DNA from: Octopus vulgaris
Taxonomy: Eukaryota
NCBI GenBank assembly: GCA_951406725.2
Contig: OX597815.1
Span: 211,544,001-211,608,000 of the forward strand
Direction of reading: 5' to 3'
Length of the DNA stretch: 64,000 nt
Below the pieces are notes generated by a model. It saw only the letters and a list, made by a program, of their open reading frames with translations, was not told the origin of the DNA and did not search any database. A program made the position numbers and the translations under genes. Shown one piece after another: positions 40,441 to 52,717 of the stretch. Each line of letters starts with the position of its first letter. The first letter of the stretch is position 1.

Positions 40441-40880
40441 GGCGCAGGCGTAGCAAGAAGCTTACTTTCCGGCCACATGGTTCCGGGTTCAGTACCATTG
40501 CGTGGAATCTCTGGTCTTCTTAACTATAGTCTCGGACACACTAAAGCCTTGTGAGTGGATTTCAGAGACGGAAACTGAATGATTATATGTATATGTATAT
40601 ATATGTGTGTGTGTGAGTTTGTGTGTGTGTGTGTGTATGTGTGTATGTGTGTGTGTGTATGTGTGTGTGTGTTGCGTATGTGTCTTTGTGCTTCTTCTCC
40701 CATCACTGCCTGACAACCGGTGTTGGTGCGTTTATTAGCGCACCGTAAATTAGCGGTTCGGCAAAAGAGATCGATGGAACAAGTACTAGGCTTAAAATAA
40801 TAAGTCCTGGGGTCGATTTGTTTGACTATAAACCTCTACAAGGTGGATGTTGTAAAATGACGGAAAGAAGTAAAAAAAGA
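40441..40880 (+). mobile_element. SINE family A, diverged
   Basis: Head ggttccgggttcagtacc, internal TG tract, aataagtcctggggtcgatttg. Confidence 0.8.
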
Positions 40881-40972
40881 ACATATATATATATATATAT
40901 TCTTTTATTCTTGTTTCAGTCATTTTATATATACATATATATATTAGTATGCACTTGCGCGTGTTTGCAAGT

Positions 40973-41348
40973 AGGCATGTTTGTAAAGCTTTTGGATTAA
41001 GAAGCTCGCTTGCCAATCATGTACTTTTAGGTTCAGCTCCACTGTACGGCACCATTGGAAAGTGTTTTATATGGATCGGGGCCGACCAATACCTTGTAAG
41101 TGAATTTGGTAGGCGGAAACTGTGTGGAAGGCCGCTGTGCATGTGTGTGTTTTTATGATTATCACCTAACACCGCTTGACAACCGGCATTGGTTTGTCTA
41201 CGTCTCAGTAACTTAGCGATTCGACAACAACAAACGATAGAATAAGTACTCGACTTAAAATACGACTGGGGTTGATTTATTCGACAAAAACCCTTCAAGA
41301 CAGAGCCCCTGAATTGCTGCCGTCCAACGACTAAAACAAGTAAAAGAC
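40973..41348 (+). mobile_element. SINE family A, older copy
   Basis: ccttgtaagtgaatttggtaggcggaaactg ... actaaaacaagtaaaag. Confidence 0.7.
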
Positions 41349-41883
41349 AGACGATGAAATATTTGTGTATGTGTTATACACGCTCGCACAGACACACACA
41401 CACGTATGTAAGACAAGGAATAATATGAAGATATCAGTATAGCGACGTAAGTCCAATATTGGTTACAATTGTTTAGGTACCATTCTATATAATATAGACG
41501 AGTAACAAAGATGTGCGTCAATTCATTACGGCCGTTTCAAGCGACTCCTTTAATTGATCAATGAATGCATTATATCATTACAAAGAAAACCATTCTCATC
41601 AGATGACCGCACAGATGCGGCCACACTTTGTTACTCATTTCTATTTTACTCACCTACCCTGGATTCCGGAAAGTATATTTATATAAAAGTACACGTCTGA
41701 ACAAACAAGAGTGGACTTATTCACTAAGATGGATCGTACCCGCTGCATACACTGCATGGATATCGGATGGAAAAATATTCTATGTAGAGTTTGATACTCA
41801 CCTAATATCGTTTGAGTGAGCAATGAAGTTTGACCTAACAAGGTGCCTCAATTTAAGTACCTAATTAAACTGAATCTAAATTA

Positions 41884-42106
41884 TACTCTTTTTACTCTTT
41901 ACTCTTTTACTCTTTTACTTGTTTCAGTCATTTGACTGCGGCCATGCTGGAGCACCGCCTTTTAATCGAGCAACTCGACCCCGGGACTTATTCTTTTGTA
42001 AGCCCAGTACTTATTCTATCGGTCTCTTTTGCCGAACCGCTAAGTAACGGGGACATAAACACACCAGCATCGGTTGTCAAGCAATGCTAGGGGGACAGAC
42101 ACACAA

Positions 42107-42137
<31 letters not shown>

Positions 42138-42307
42138 CATATATACGACAGGCTTCTTTCAGTTTCCGTCTACCAAATCCATTCACAAGGCATTGATCGG
42201 CCCGGGGCTATAGAAGAAGACACTTGTACAAGATGCCACGCAGTGGAACTGAACCCGGAACCATGTGGTTGGTTAGCAAGCTACTTACCACACAGCCACT
42301 CCTGCGC
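41884..42307 (-). mobile_element. SINE family A, full length
   Basis: Complete head, TA tract and (GTAAAAGA)n tail. Confidence 0.9.
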
Positions 42308-42311
42308 TTAT

Positions 42312-42342
<31 letters not shown>

Positions 42343-42399
42343 CAAACAAATGTCTATTATTTTTTTATATAAAGCCTAAGCAATGCAAATTATAAGTAG

Positions 42400-42517
42400 T
42401 ATTGCAGGTCAATTGTTTGTACTTTTACCTTTATTTCAATATTTTCCCAAAAATTCTGTTGCTAACTCTGAAATATTGAAATGCAAAGTAAAAGTACAAA
42501 ACCGTTGACCTGTAATA
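42400..42517. repeat. Imperfect hairpin (about 45-bp arms) with a short tail abutting (TA)n
   Basis: tattgcaggtcaattgtttgtacttttac...atttcaatattt / aaatattgaaat...gtaaaagtacaaaaccgttgacctgtaata. Confidence 0.7.
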
Positions 42518-42572
42518 TCTCTTAAAACGTGCAATTTTTTTGCTTTATAAAATATTATTTAGAACAAATACG

Positions 42573-42611
<39 letters not shown>

Positions 42612-42663
42612 ATATAATGTTTATAAACAACGCATATGCACGCATACACATAGGTAGAGGAGA

Positions 42664-42736
<73 letters not shown>

Positions 42737-44718
42737 CAACAATGATTGCATTTCAATGTGTTGTTACTATCCAGCTGTTATCGTGTGAACAACCTTTCAA
42801 AGCACTCCCCTGCCATTACACCGTTAACGTAACATGCTGTGTTCCAATATGTGTTCCCGAACGGATTTGTGCCATTATTTAAGTGAGGTTATAGAACAGA
42901 ACGGTACATGATATGCATTATGATTATCTCTATATTTGCACTACTTATATACAGAAACTCCATTGTCCTTTCAGTGCGTAATTTAATATCAAAGAGGTTC
43001 AAAAGCGAACACACAAAAACTCACACAAACACACACAAACACACACAAACACACACACACACACACACAAAACATCTATGTAAGGTTATAATAGCATTTA
43101 TTATTGTTGTTATTTAAAAATACAGTGCGCAGTGGGCTGACAGAATTTGTAGGGAATCGGAAAAGTTCTTTGTGGCATTTGCCCTGCTTCTTTTCGTTTT
43201 GAGCAAAACATTCGCTCGGGTCAATTTTGCCTTTAAACTTTTCGAGATCGATAAATTAAAGCACCAGCCAAATACTGGAATGAATGCCATCATCCGAGTC
43301 CCTTCGCTCAAAGTACAGTAAACTACCACACATGTATGGTCTCTCTAAGATTCACTAGGATGGTATTCCATTAAGACCTATAGTGAGCTGTAGCGATTCA
43401 GCATGTCATCCACTGAGCCGCTTCCTTGTAGATATAATCAGTCCATTAGCAGGAAAGTCAACATCATATGGGAAGAATTCCACCCACTTCAGAGAATTGA
43501 TCAAGGATACCCCCATTGAATCCAACCAGATGATGAGTCTGGATGTGATAAGTCTGTTCACCACAGTTCCAACTGGTGAAGCACTATCGGTGATTCAAGA
43601 AAAACTAGTGATTGACACCCATCTAAAAGAGCGCACTAGTATACCAATAAGAAATGTTGACCTTCTGTGTAGAAACTACCTACTTCAGTATGGACACTGA
43701 TATACATCGACAGGAAGAGAGTCTAGCTATGGGTTTGCCATTATCACCGATAATAGCCAATATATACATGGAATACTTTGAGAAGTTGGCTTTAGGATCA
43801 ACACCACTAAAACCAACCCTATGGCTGCGATATGTTGATGACACATTTATTCTCTGGCCCCACAAGGAATATGTCTAAGTGCTGTTAGATCATATGAACT
43901 CAATAAAGCCAGCCATACAGTTCACATTCCTGGACGTATTAATTACACACCAAGTATGGATTCAGGACATCGGTATACAACAAAACGACCTTCACTGGAC
44001 GATACCTCAACTTCAATTCCCACCATCCAAACAGTATAAAGAGAGGGATTGCTCAGTGCCTAAAACATCGAGCAAAGAATATTCGTGATGATACCCACCA
44101 CGAAGAAATGATCAATCTCAGTAACAATCTATTAAGCAATAACTACCCCAAAAAGCATACTATCCACTCCAATTATGAAGAAAAGAGGGGATGAAACCAA
44201 TAAACTGTCTACCCTATGTGAAAGGCCTCTCCGAAATGATACAAAAGATATGCGGCCCATATGACATCAAGACAGTATTTAAGAGTAATACAATACTTCG
44301 CAAATATCTCCTTCGAGTAAAACCACCAATAGAAGAGAATATGACCAAAAACAGCGTGTACTCCATCCCATTCAACTGTATTAGGTCATACAAAGGCGAA
44401 ACATGCCCCCACCCCCTCAAAATAGGGGTAGAGGAACATCGTAAAGCTATGACACAAGGAGATATTGATAAATCGGGTATAGCTGATCGTGTATGGAAAA
44501 ATGGAGACCACCTCCCCCTTGTGGGATGAAGTTAAAATAATAGACAGAGAACACTACAGGAAAATACGAAAACTAAAAGAAGCAGTACATATGCTAGGAA
44601 ACAACAACCTCCTAAGCAGACCGAGTGCAGATATGAATAGCATATGGGAACCGGTATTAAGGAAGGATAGGGAAATATTACATTTATAAGCCCTAAAATT
44701 CACTCCGTAATTGCCCAC

Positions 44719-44791
44719 GGACATATGTCGTAGTGGTTAAGAGCGCGTGTTACTAACCCCAAGATTCCGATTTCCATCCCAGGCAGTGACC
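44719..44791 (+). promoter_or_regulatory. tRNA-like segment with degenerate Pol III A/B boxes
   Basis: TGTCGTAGTGGTTAAG (A box/D arm), anticodon-like loop ttactaa, GATTTCCATCC (B-box-like). Confidence 0.5.
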
Positions 44792-44888
44792 TGAATATTA
44801 TCATTATTATTATTAATAATAATAATAATAATAACAACAACAACAACATCGAAAAATACTTTAGGGATGAGAAATTCCCCCAAGATAC

Positions 44889-44924
44889 CTGATGAAGGCT
44901 GGAGGGTATATCAGCCGAAACGTT
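44889..44924 (+). ncRNA. Hammerhead core in the PLE 3' terminus
   Basis: CUGAUGA-A-GGCUG-gaggguauau-CAGCC-GAAACGUU. The 3' strand of stem I is not preserved. Confidence 0.6.
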
Positions 44925-45889
44925 GACAGACAGACAGATGTTTGTCCTGGCAATGACTTTGATGGAGTGATTGGTCAAGTGAAAGATTTTGAGAAAGGCA
45001 TAAACTTCATACGCTACAGTTGCCTGTCCTGTCAAATAGTTCTGCAGTCTCGTCATTACTTACTATAACAATGACTAATGCCATTATTAGTTTTCTGAAA
45101 GTATACTTTTATAAATGGTTAATGCACCAAAATTAACAACGTTACATTCTCTCGCATTACCTTAGAGAGTTAACAAAAACTTTATCGCAGTCTTCATTCT
45201 CGTCTACGAGAACTCTTTCTATACATACAGGCAGACAACAATGGCTTGTAAGTCTATACACGATTTCTCCCTTGGTTCTGTATTCAAAACCAGCTATATA
45301 TTTACTATCTCATGTTTCATAAAGATAAAAACTGAGAAATGAAGATCGCAACATAAAAAGTGCTCACCTTCTTTGTGTTTGTGGCATTGGTGCGTAAAGG
45401 AAACAAAGACATCCTAAACTACTTATAGAACAGAGAGTTAGTCGAAACGACTGACGTGTTTCGCTTACAATGACGTCTTCATATGTTAAGATATGAAAAC
45501 AGAAAATGGTAAACGGCTAAACACCCCAGGTGGTCCAACTGCAGTTAAAAGACAACTAATACACCTTACTGAAATAAATGCAGTACAATAGAATCCAGTG
45601 ACATAATTTTTGTTTACAGAACAGAGCTTATAATTGATAATAAATCGGTTGAGAGTGCTCCTAAATTGAAATAGATTAAAATTGACGATAAATTTCGAGA
45701 CAAGTAACGCAAAATAATTTTCGCGCGCAGAGAGACGCGCGCGCGCAGGCATGCGCACACACAATAGTTACATTAAAGAGGAGTGAGTAATTGAGAATGT
45801 TATTTAAACCTAATGGTAACAGGAATGATCTATTATTTCAAAACGCATTCCAGTAGTGTCCATTACGTCTTTCCTCATGGCGCAATGTA

Positions 45890-46388
45890 TCTAAGAAGGG
45901 AAGGACTCTTTCAATGAATCCTTCGAAACGCGGAATAGGTGAAACAGGGACAACTGATGAAGGGGAATATTCTTTATGTTGCATGTCTCGTTTCTCTGTT
46001 TGTTTTTTCGTTGTGCAAAAAAAGTTCGTTTTCTATGTTTTTGTTTTAAATGTTTTCGTTTCTCATTGTGTTCAACGTTTTTTTGAAGTCCTGTACCCAT
46101 ATATGCTTGTATATATACATATATATGTAGGTATGTACATATATGTATGTATATATGCATATAATTATTCTTTACTCTTTACTCTTTTACTTGTTTCAGT
46201 CATTTGACTGCGGCCATGCTGGAGCACCGCCTTTAATCGAGCAACTCGACCCCAGGACTTATTCTTTTGTAAGCCCAGTACTTATTCTATCGGTCTCTTT
46301 TGCCGAACCGCTAAGTAACGGGGACATAAACCAGCATCGGTTGTCAAGCAATGCGAGGGGGACAGACACAGACACACAAACACACACA

Positions 46389-46434
<46 letters not shown>

Positions 46435-46660
46435 TACGACGGGCTTCTTTTCAGTTTCCGTCTACCAAATCCGCCCACAAGGCTTTGGTCGGCCCGAGGC
46501 TATAGTTGAAGACACTTGCCCAAGGTGCCACGCAGTGGGACTGAAACCGGAACCATGTGGCTGGTAAGCAAGCTACTTACCACACAGCCACTCCTGCATA
46601 TAATTACATATTATATAAATTATTATGTATTCGAACACAACACATCCTTTTCTAAGTAAG
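45890..46660 (+). mobile_element. Ribozyme-like element family H3, copy 1 (interrupted by SINE A)
   Basis: Homologous to 47030-47325 on both sides of the SINE (acagggacaa..ggggaa; gaacac..catccttttc.aagtaagtt). Confidence 0.65.
46168..46595 (-). mobile_element. SINE family A, full length, young
   Basis: TSD gcatataatta at 46157-46167 and 46596-46606. Confidence 0.92.
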
Positions 46661-46689
46661 TTCTTTCTTAATACTTACGATGCGCACTC

Positions 46690-47325
46690 TTCTATCTCTA
46701 CTGTCTCTTCTCTTTCTATCTCCCTCCCTCACTTGTTCTTCATCCTTTCTGGTTTTCTCTCCCACCCTTAACAATTCTTCTCCTCTCCTCTTCAGTATAA
46801 GCATGGTGCTTATACTGTCTCTTCATAAGCTCGTCTCCTTAAACGTTTAGAATATTTTTTCCATCGTCTTGGCTTAACAACCCCTATCTTTTGTTTTTAC
46901 TGTTTTGTTCTCATTCTATCTTTTACTGTTTTTACTTTTTTATTGTTTTTACCGTTTTGTTCTCACCGTCCTGTTCTTGTTACCACTTTCACCCTCCACA
47001 AAAAAATCCCAAATTTTATTTAATTTGCTTTGCGGAAAGGATTGTTTCAACGAAGTCGCGTCTTGTCCTTGGAGTAGTTGACACAGGGACAACCGAAAAA
47101 GGGGAATTTTCTTTATGCTGTATGTCTCGTTTCTCTGGGGTTTTTTTCATTCGTTGTCCGAAAAAAAGTTCATTTCTATGTTTTTGTTTTTTATGTTTTC
47201 GTTTCTCATTTTTTCATGTCCTGTACCCGTATATGCATGTACATATACATACATATATGCATATATTTATATATTATTCCTATTATTACATGACCGAACA
47301 CCACGCATCCTTTTCCAAGTAAGTT
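46690..47325 (+). mobile_element. Ribozyme-like element family H3, copy 2 (tandem)
   Basis: Pyrimidine-rich leader, then cgcgtc-ttgtcctt...agggacaa-ccgaaaa-agggg. Confidence 0.6.
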
Positions 47326-47330
47326 TTATA

Positions 47331-47441
<111 letters not shown>

Positions 47442-47470
47442 GAAAAAAGCAACAAGAATGGATTAAAATC

Positions 47471-47554
47471 TCGGTACGATCGTTTCGTACGAGGACACCT
47501 TTAATAAGCTACAAAAAATGCAGTGAATACAGATGGCTCGTACTCGTCAGCCGA
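47471..47554 (-). ncRNA. Type I hammerhead ribozyme
   Basis: Reverse complement of 49621-49704. Confidence 0.85.
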
Positions 47555-48749
47555 AAAAACATCAGAGAATTCCCAAACATCAAAAGGGGTAGATACAAAA
47601 GAGGTTGTAAGATTAGCTGCATTGAAGAAAGTTCGATTCATGGAGATCCGATGAAAGGTTTTAAACCTATAGAATTTATGCATGTCTACATATAGCTCAT
47701 ATTGAATATTTGATCAAGTTGTGTGAAGAAATTTTCGGATACAGTCATGCAAAATTTCTGAAAATCCGAGTAAGAGGCAAAGTGACTGCCATATCATGTA
47801 GAGGAAAGTCTGAGTAAAAGCAAAGTGACTGTCATATCGTGTAGAGGAATAGATTGTTATTGAAATTTACAAGAATCGCAGATAAGTTCGATTTTTTGGA
47901 GATCCGATGAAAAAGTTTTGAACTTACAAAATATGTGTATGTCCTTATAGTTCATAATCCAGTTTTGTGAAGAGATTTAGGGTACAATCATGCGAAAAAT
48001 ATCAGGGAATCCGAATGAGAAGCAAAATGACAGTCTTATATTGTAGCGGTTCAGGTTGTTAATGAATTTATCAAGAATCACTGAAAGAGGAGGAAGGAGG
48101 TAGAAATTTAATCAGTTACTGCTATTTAAGCTGTCAAAGAGAAAGGAAAGGGGAAGCTAAGGGGATGGGCACAAGTTGATACTAACAGAAAAATCTAAGT
48201 TTGTTTAGAACAAAATTCGAACTGAGGTCAACAATTTATTTCTTTATTTATAAATGTTACTATTAATAGATTGTCAGGTTACAAAGAGGTCATTAGAAAG
48301 GAAAGAAAAATGGGGTTGTTTTTAAATGAAATTAAACAATTATATTATTATTATACTATACTATAATACACTACACTATATTATATTATATTATTTTGAT
48401 ATATTATATCACATCACAATACACTACGATAGGTCTAGGATTAGCAGAATTAATTTTTAGTGTAAAAGAAATTAAGAGATTTAACTAACTAATATTTGTA
48501 ATGGTTAAAAAATAGACTAAGAAATGGAGATAAAAATAGAGCAAAATTTAATAATATGGTCCAATAGAAATAAATCAGATAATTTAAGTCAATAAGTATT
48601 AAATAGTACCATCAGAGAGAGAAAAAATTATAATCATAGCTAGTTAGATCTTATCTTTCTAGTTAAATATATAATATACTATGTAGGAGTGATATGTAAG
48701 TCAAAGTGAATTTTATGCAAAATGATTCCAGTATACAGTTATCAATTGA

Positions 48750-49252
48750 GATATGATTCGGCTGAGGTAACCAATTTAGTAGGAGCATATCTACTGAAAT
48801 ACATTAATAAAGAGATCCCTGAATTGCAAGGTGGTCTATATAGAGATGATGCTTTGTTTGTTGTAAATACCAATAATAAATCACACATAGAAAGAATTAA
48901 AAAGAAGATTAATAGGTTCTTTAAAGATTTCAACCTTAGCATAACCTACGAACCAAACATTAAAATAGCTAATTTTCTAGATATTACTTTAGACCTTAAC
49001 TCCAAACTACATTATCCATTTAGAAAGGAAGGTGAAATCACTAGTTACGTAAATAAATTATCTAATCATCCCCCAAATATAATAAATTCCTTAGTTAGAA
49101 ATATTTCCATAAGAATATCCAAATTATCATCTAATTTTAATATATTTAACTCACACTCAGGACATTACAATGAGGCGTTATCTAGAGCAGGATATAACCA
49201 GAAAATTACATTTGAAGATACAGAAAACCTAGGAACTCATCATAATAAGTAA
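48750..49252 (+). pseudogene. PLE reverse transcriptase fragment (GLYRDD type)
   Basis: YDSAEVTNLVG, GLYRDD, NFLDITLDL, YVNKLSNHPP thumb motif. N- and C-terminal parts absent. Confidence 0.85.
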
Positions 49253-49620
49253 ATTAAACAGCAATAACCACATAAACAACAAAAATGATCAAGTCGAAAA
49301 GATACATAGATGTGGATCTAATACAACATCTAATCGTAATGATAAGTATAAGGATAAATACATAGACCATAACACAGATAGCCCTGATAACGCAACCTTA
49401 AATAAAATTAAAATTAAGAAACACACTATTAGTAACGTAGACAACAATAATGACCATACCAGAAAGGATAGTAGAAATAGGTTTACAACGGCAAAGTACC
49501 CTAATGATATTTAAAACCTTTCATCGGATCTCCATGAATCGAACTTTCTTCAATGCAGCTAATCTTACAACCTCTTTTGTATCTACCCCTTTTGATGTTT
49601 GGGAATTCTCTGATGTTTTT

Positions 49621-49704
49621 TCGGCTGACGAGTACGAGCCATCTGTATTCACTGCATTTTTTGTAGCTTATTAAAGGTGTCCTCGTACGAAACGATCGTA
49701 CCGA
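49621..49704 (+). ncRNA. Type I hammerhead ribozyme
   Basis: UCGG-CUGACGA-GUACGAG...CUCGUAC-GAA-ACGAUCGU-A-CCGA: perfect core, 7-bp stem II, palindromic stem III, predicted cleavage after GUA (49700). Confidence 0.88.
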
Positions 49705-49854
49705 GATTTTAATCCATTCTTGTTGCTTTTTTCCTATTTGTAATCACCCCACTTGTCGTATGGTTAACACCATATAGATTTCCGGTGCATCCTAGTTAAG
49801 GACCATATTCATGTGAATTCTTTAGAATTCACTAGAATCTCAATTACTTAACCG

Positions 49855-49910
<56 letters not shown>

Positions 49911-50214
49911 TATATATATATATATATAAACACATATATACGTATATATATAAGTATATATACATATATATATATAGATAGATATATAAATATATATATA
50001 CACACATATTACATATGCATATGTATATATACATATAGCTACCTGTATACATATAAACATAAATATATGCATATATATACACATATATACATATATATAT
50101 ATGCATATATACACTTATATATATGCATACATATGTATATATACATATATATATACATATATATACATATATACATATATATACACACACATACATATAT
50201 ACATATATATATGC

Positions 50215-51930
50215 ATTGATTGATTGATTGATTGATTCTAATTTCAGCTCACGAGCTGTGGCCATGCTGGGGCACCGCAATTTGGTGTTGCTACATGGTT
50301 TTACTTCACGAATGCTTTTTAGCAACTGCCATTTGGTGCATGAGAGAGTTCGATGCAGCTGCCCTCATCTGCACCTCCTGCCGTGAAGTTGGTTCATCTG
50401 GGATACCTGACAAGAAAAGATCCAGTTTCATTTTAAAGACATCTGCATCCATCCCATGCAGGTCTCTTAGGTTCTTCAGGAGGATATTGAAGAGCTGTGG
50501 GCCTCGGAAGCCCAGGCTATCACAGTATCTTGTCCTACATCTTGATGGCAAATTTGGAGTCCTAGGCACCACGCAGTGGCCCAGTTCTGGCATTTGTGTA
50601 ACTCTCGATGCCAAAGTTTGGGACAAGTCCTTCCAAGATCTTCCAGATGTATATTATGGCATATCTTTCTCGCCTACGCTCCAAGGAATAGAGTTTTAAT
50701 CTCTTGAGTCTTTCCCAGTAGCTTATATTCTGCACAGAGGCTATCTTCTTCGTGTAGCTACGTTGGATCGCCTCAAGTTCTGTGATCAACTTGACACTGG
50801 ATGGTGACCATAGCTGAGAGCAATAGTCAAAGTGGCTTAGGACAAGTGTCCTCCAGAGGACCATCATGGTTTCTTGTTCTCTTGTTCTAAAGGTTCTGAG
50901 AATCCATCCGGCCAGTCGTCTACATTTCATTGTCAATTTAGCAACATGTACACGAAATGTTGCGTCATCACTCATGTAAATACCCAGGTCACGCACTGAC
51001 TGTGCCTCTGGGATTGCAATTCCTCCGGGTCCAGTGTATTCCTTGGGTATTGCATTTAGTTTTGCATGCTGATAGCATAAAGCTTGAAACTTTTCAGCAT
51101 TGAACTGCATGCTATTCTTTTCAGCCCACTTGTATATTTTGTCCAGCTCACATTGCAGGCGTTTAGTGTCCTCAGGGTTCTGTATTGCCTGTGAAACTTT
51201 TGTATCATCTGCATAACTTGTGATCGTGGCTCTCTGCGTGGCTGAGGGCATGTCTGAGAGGGCCATTATGAACAGTAGTGGTCCCAAAACAGTGCCCTGC
51301 GGAACACCGCTCACTATTTGCGTGTTAATGGAAGTGGCCCCATTGGCTACTACCACCTGACTTCTATCTTTCAGAAAGTCATGAAGCCATTCTCCCAGTT
51401 TTCCAACTACGCTAAGATCACGCAGTTTGTGACATATCATTCCATGATCGACTTTATCAAAGGCCTTTGCAAAGTCGAGATATATCACTTCCACATTTGA
51501 GTGGTTGAGCAGTCGTTTTAGCACCCAGTCATAGTGTTGTAGGAGCTGAATTAAGCAGCTTCTTCCTGGTCGAAAACCATGTTGGGTGTCAGGCAGCAAG
51601 TCATTTTCTTCAAGGAAGGTGATCAGTTTCCTTCTGACTATTCGTTCCATGACCTTGCTGATGTGTGAGGTCAGAGAGAGGTCTGTAGTTCTTGGCCTCC
51701 GCTCTGCTACCCCCTTTATGAATAGGGCATATTTTACCTTCCTTCAGTTTTCTTGGAAGTTTGCCAGCTGCAAGGAAGCTCTGAAAGAGGAACTGCAGTA
51801 GTCTTGCTAGGACTCTCTTACATACTTTTAGGAGGATTGCCGGGAATCCATCGGGGCCAGTAGCTGAGTCTGTTTTCATTTCATCTATAGCCTTTATTAC
51901 ATCGTCTTCCTTTATATCGATGTAATCTAT
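50215..51930 (-). mobile_element. 5'-truncated CR1-group LINE (RT to 3' tail), (TA)n-flanked
   Basis: GPDG, NYRP, QHGFR, YLDFAKAFDKV, GVPQGTVLGP, YADD, RRERY. Tail (AATC)n. Frameshifts. Confidence 0.93.
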
Positions 51931-51988
51931 GCATATATATATACATATATATACATACAGATATATATCTAAATATATATATATATAA

Positions 51989-52188
51989 AATAATGAGGGA
52001 GATAAATTGAATATTAATTTAATTAATATCAATTTAAAACCAGTAGCCTAGCATACAAAAATCTGGAAAATCAGAGAAAATTCTAATACATGTGTATATT
52101 TAAAGGGCTAAAAAACCACTATGTGGTCAGCCATACTAGCATACTTCTAGCATATGGCTGACCACATAGTGGTTTTTTAGCCCTTTAA

Positions 52189-52197
<9 letters not shown>
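51989..52197 (-). mobile_element. Short hairpin-plus-tail insertion in (TA)n, putative truncated Penelope-like terminus
   Basis: tatatttaaagggctaaaaaaccactatgtggtcagccata / tatggctgaccacatagtggttttttagccctttaaatata. Shares AAAACCACTA with 14744-14897. Confidence 0.5.
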
Positions 52198-52229
<32 letters not shown>

Positions 52230-52405
52230 CATCTATACATATATACATATATATACCTGTATATATACATACATGTATGTATATATATATACAAATATAT
52301 ATACATATATATACATATTTATATGTACATATATATACAAATATATATACATATATATACATATTTATATGTACATATATATATATAAATATATAATTAT
52401 ATATA

Positions 52406-52457
<52 letters not shown>

Positions 52458-52717
52458 TAAATATATATATATATATATAAATATATATATATAAATATAT
52501 ACATACATAAATATATACATATATAAATACATACATACATACATACATACATACATACATGCATACATACATACATATATATCAACAAAACCAAATATAT
52601 ATATCAACATATATATCAACCATATATATCAATAAAAAAACAAATAAGAAACCACTGCTCTCTTCCCCCACATCACCACCTCATTACTACTGCAGTAACA
52701 AAAACTTAAAGAAACAT

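Larger units (their letters stand above)
43323..44925 (+). mobile_element. Penelope-like element (Penelope/Poseidon type), 5'-truncated and decayed RT plus GIY-YIG, with 3' terminal region
   Basis: YGLSKIH..IPLRPIVS, SLDVISLFTTVP, LAMGLPLSPIIANIYME, WLRYVDD, FLDVLI, LPYVKG, VYSIP..C..SYKGET..L..EH. Confidence 0.9.

Noticed and set aside
45440-45760. CRE-like TGACGT sites and a short CG-rich patch as a promoter
   Set aside because: Short motifs are expected by chance, and there is no linked transcript or ORF.
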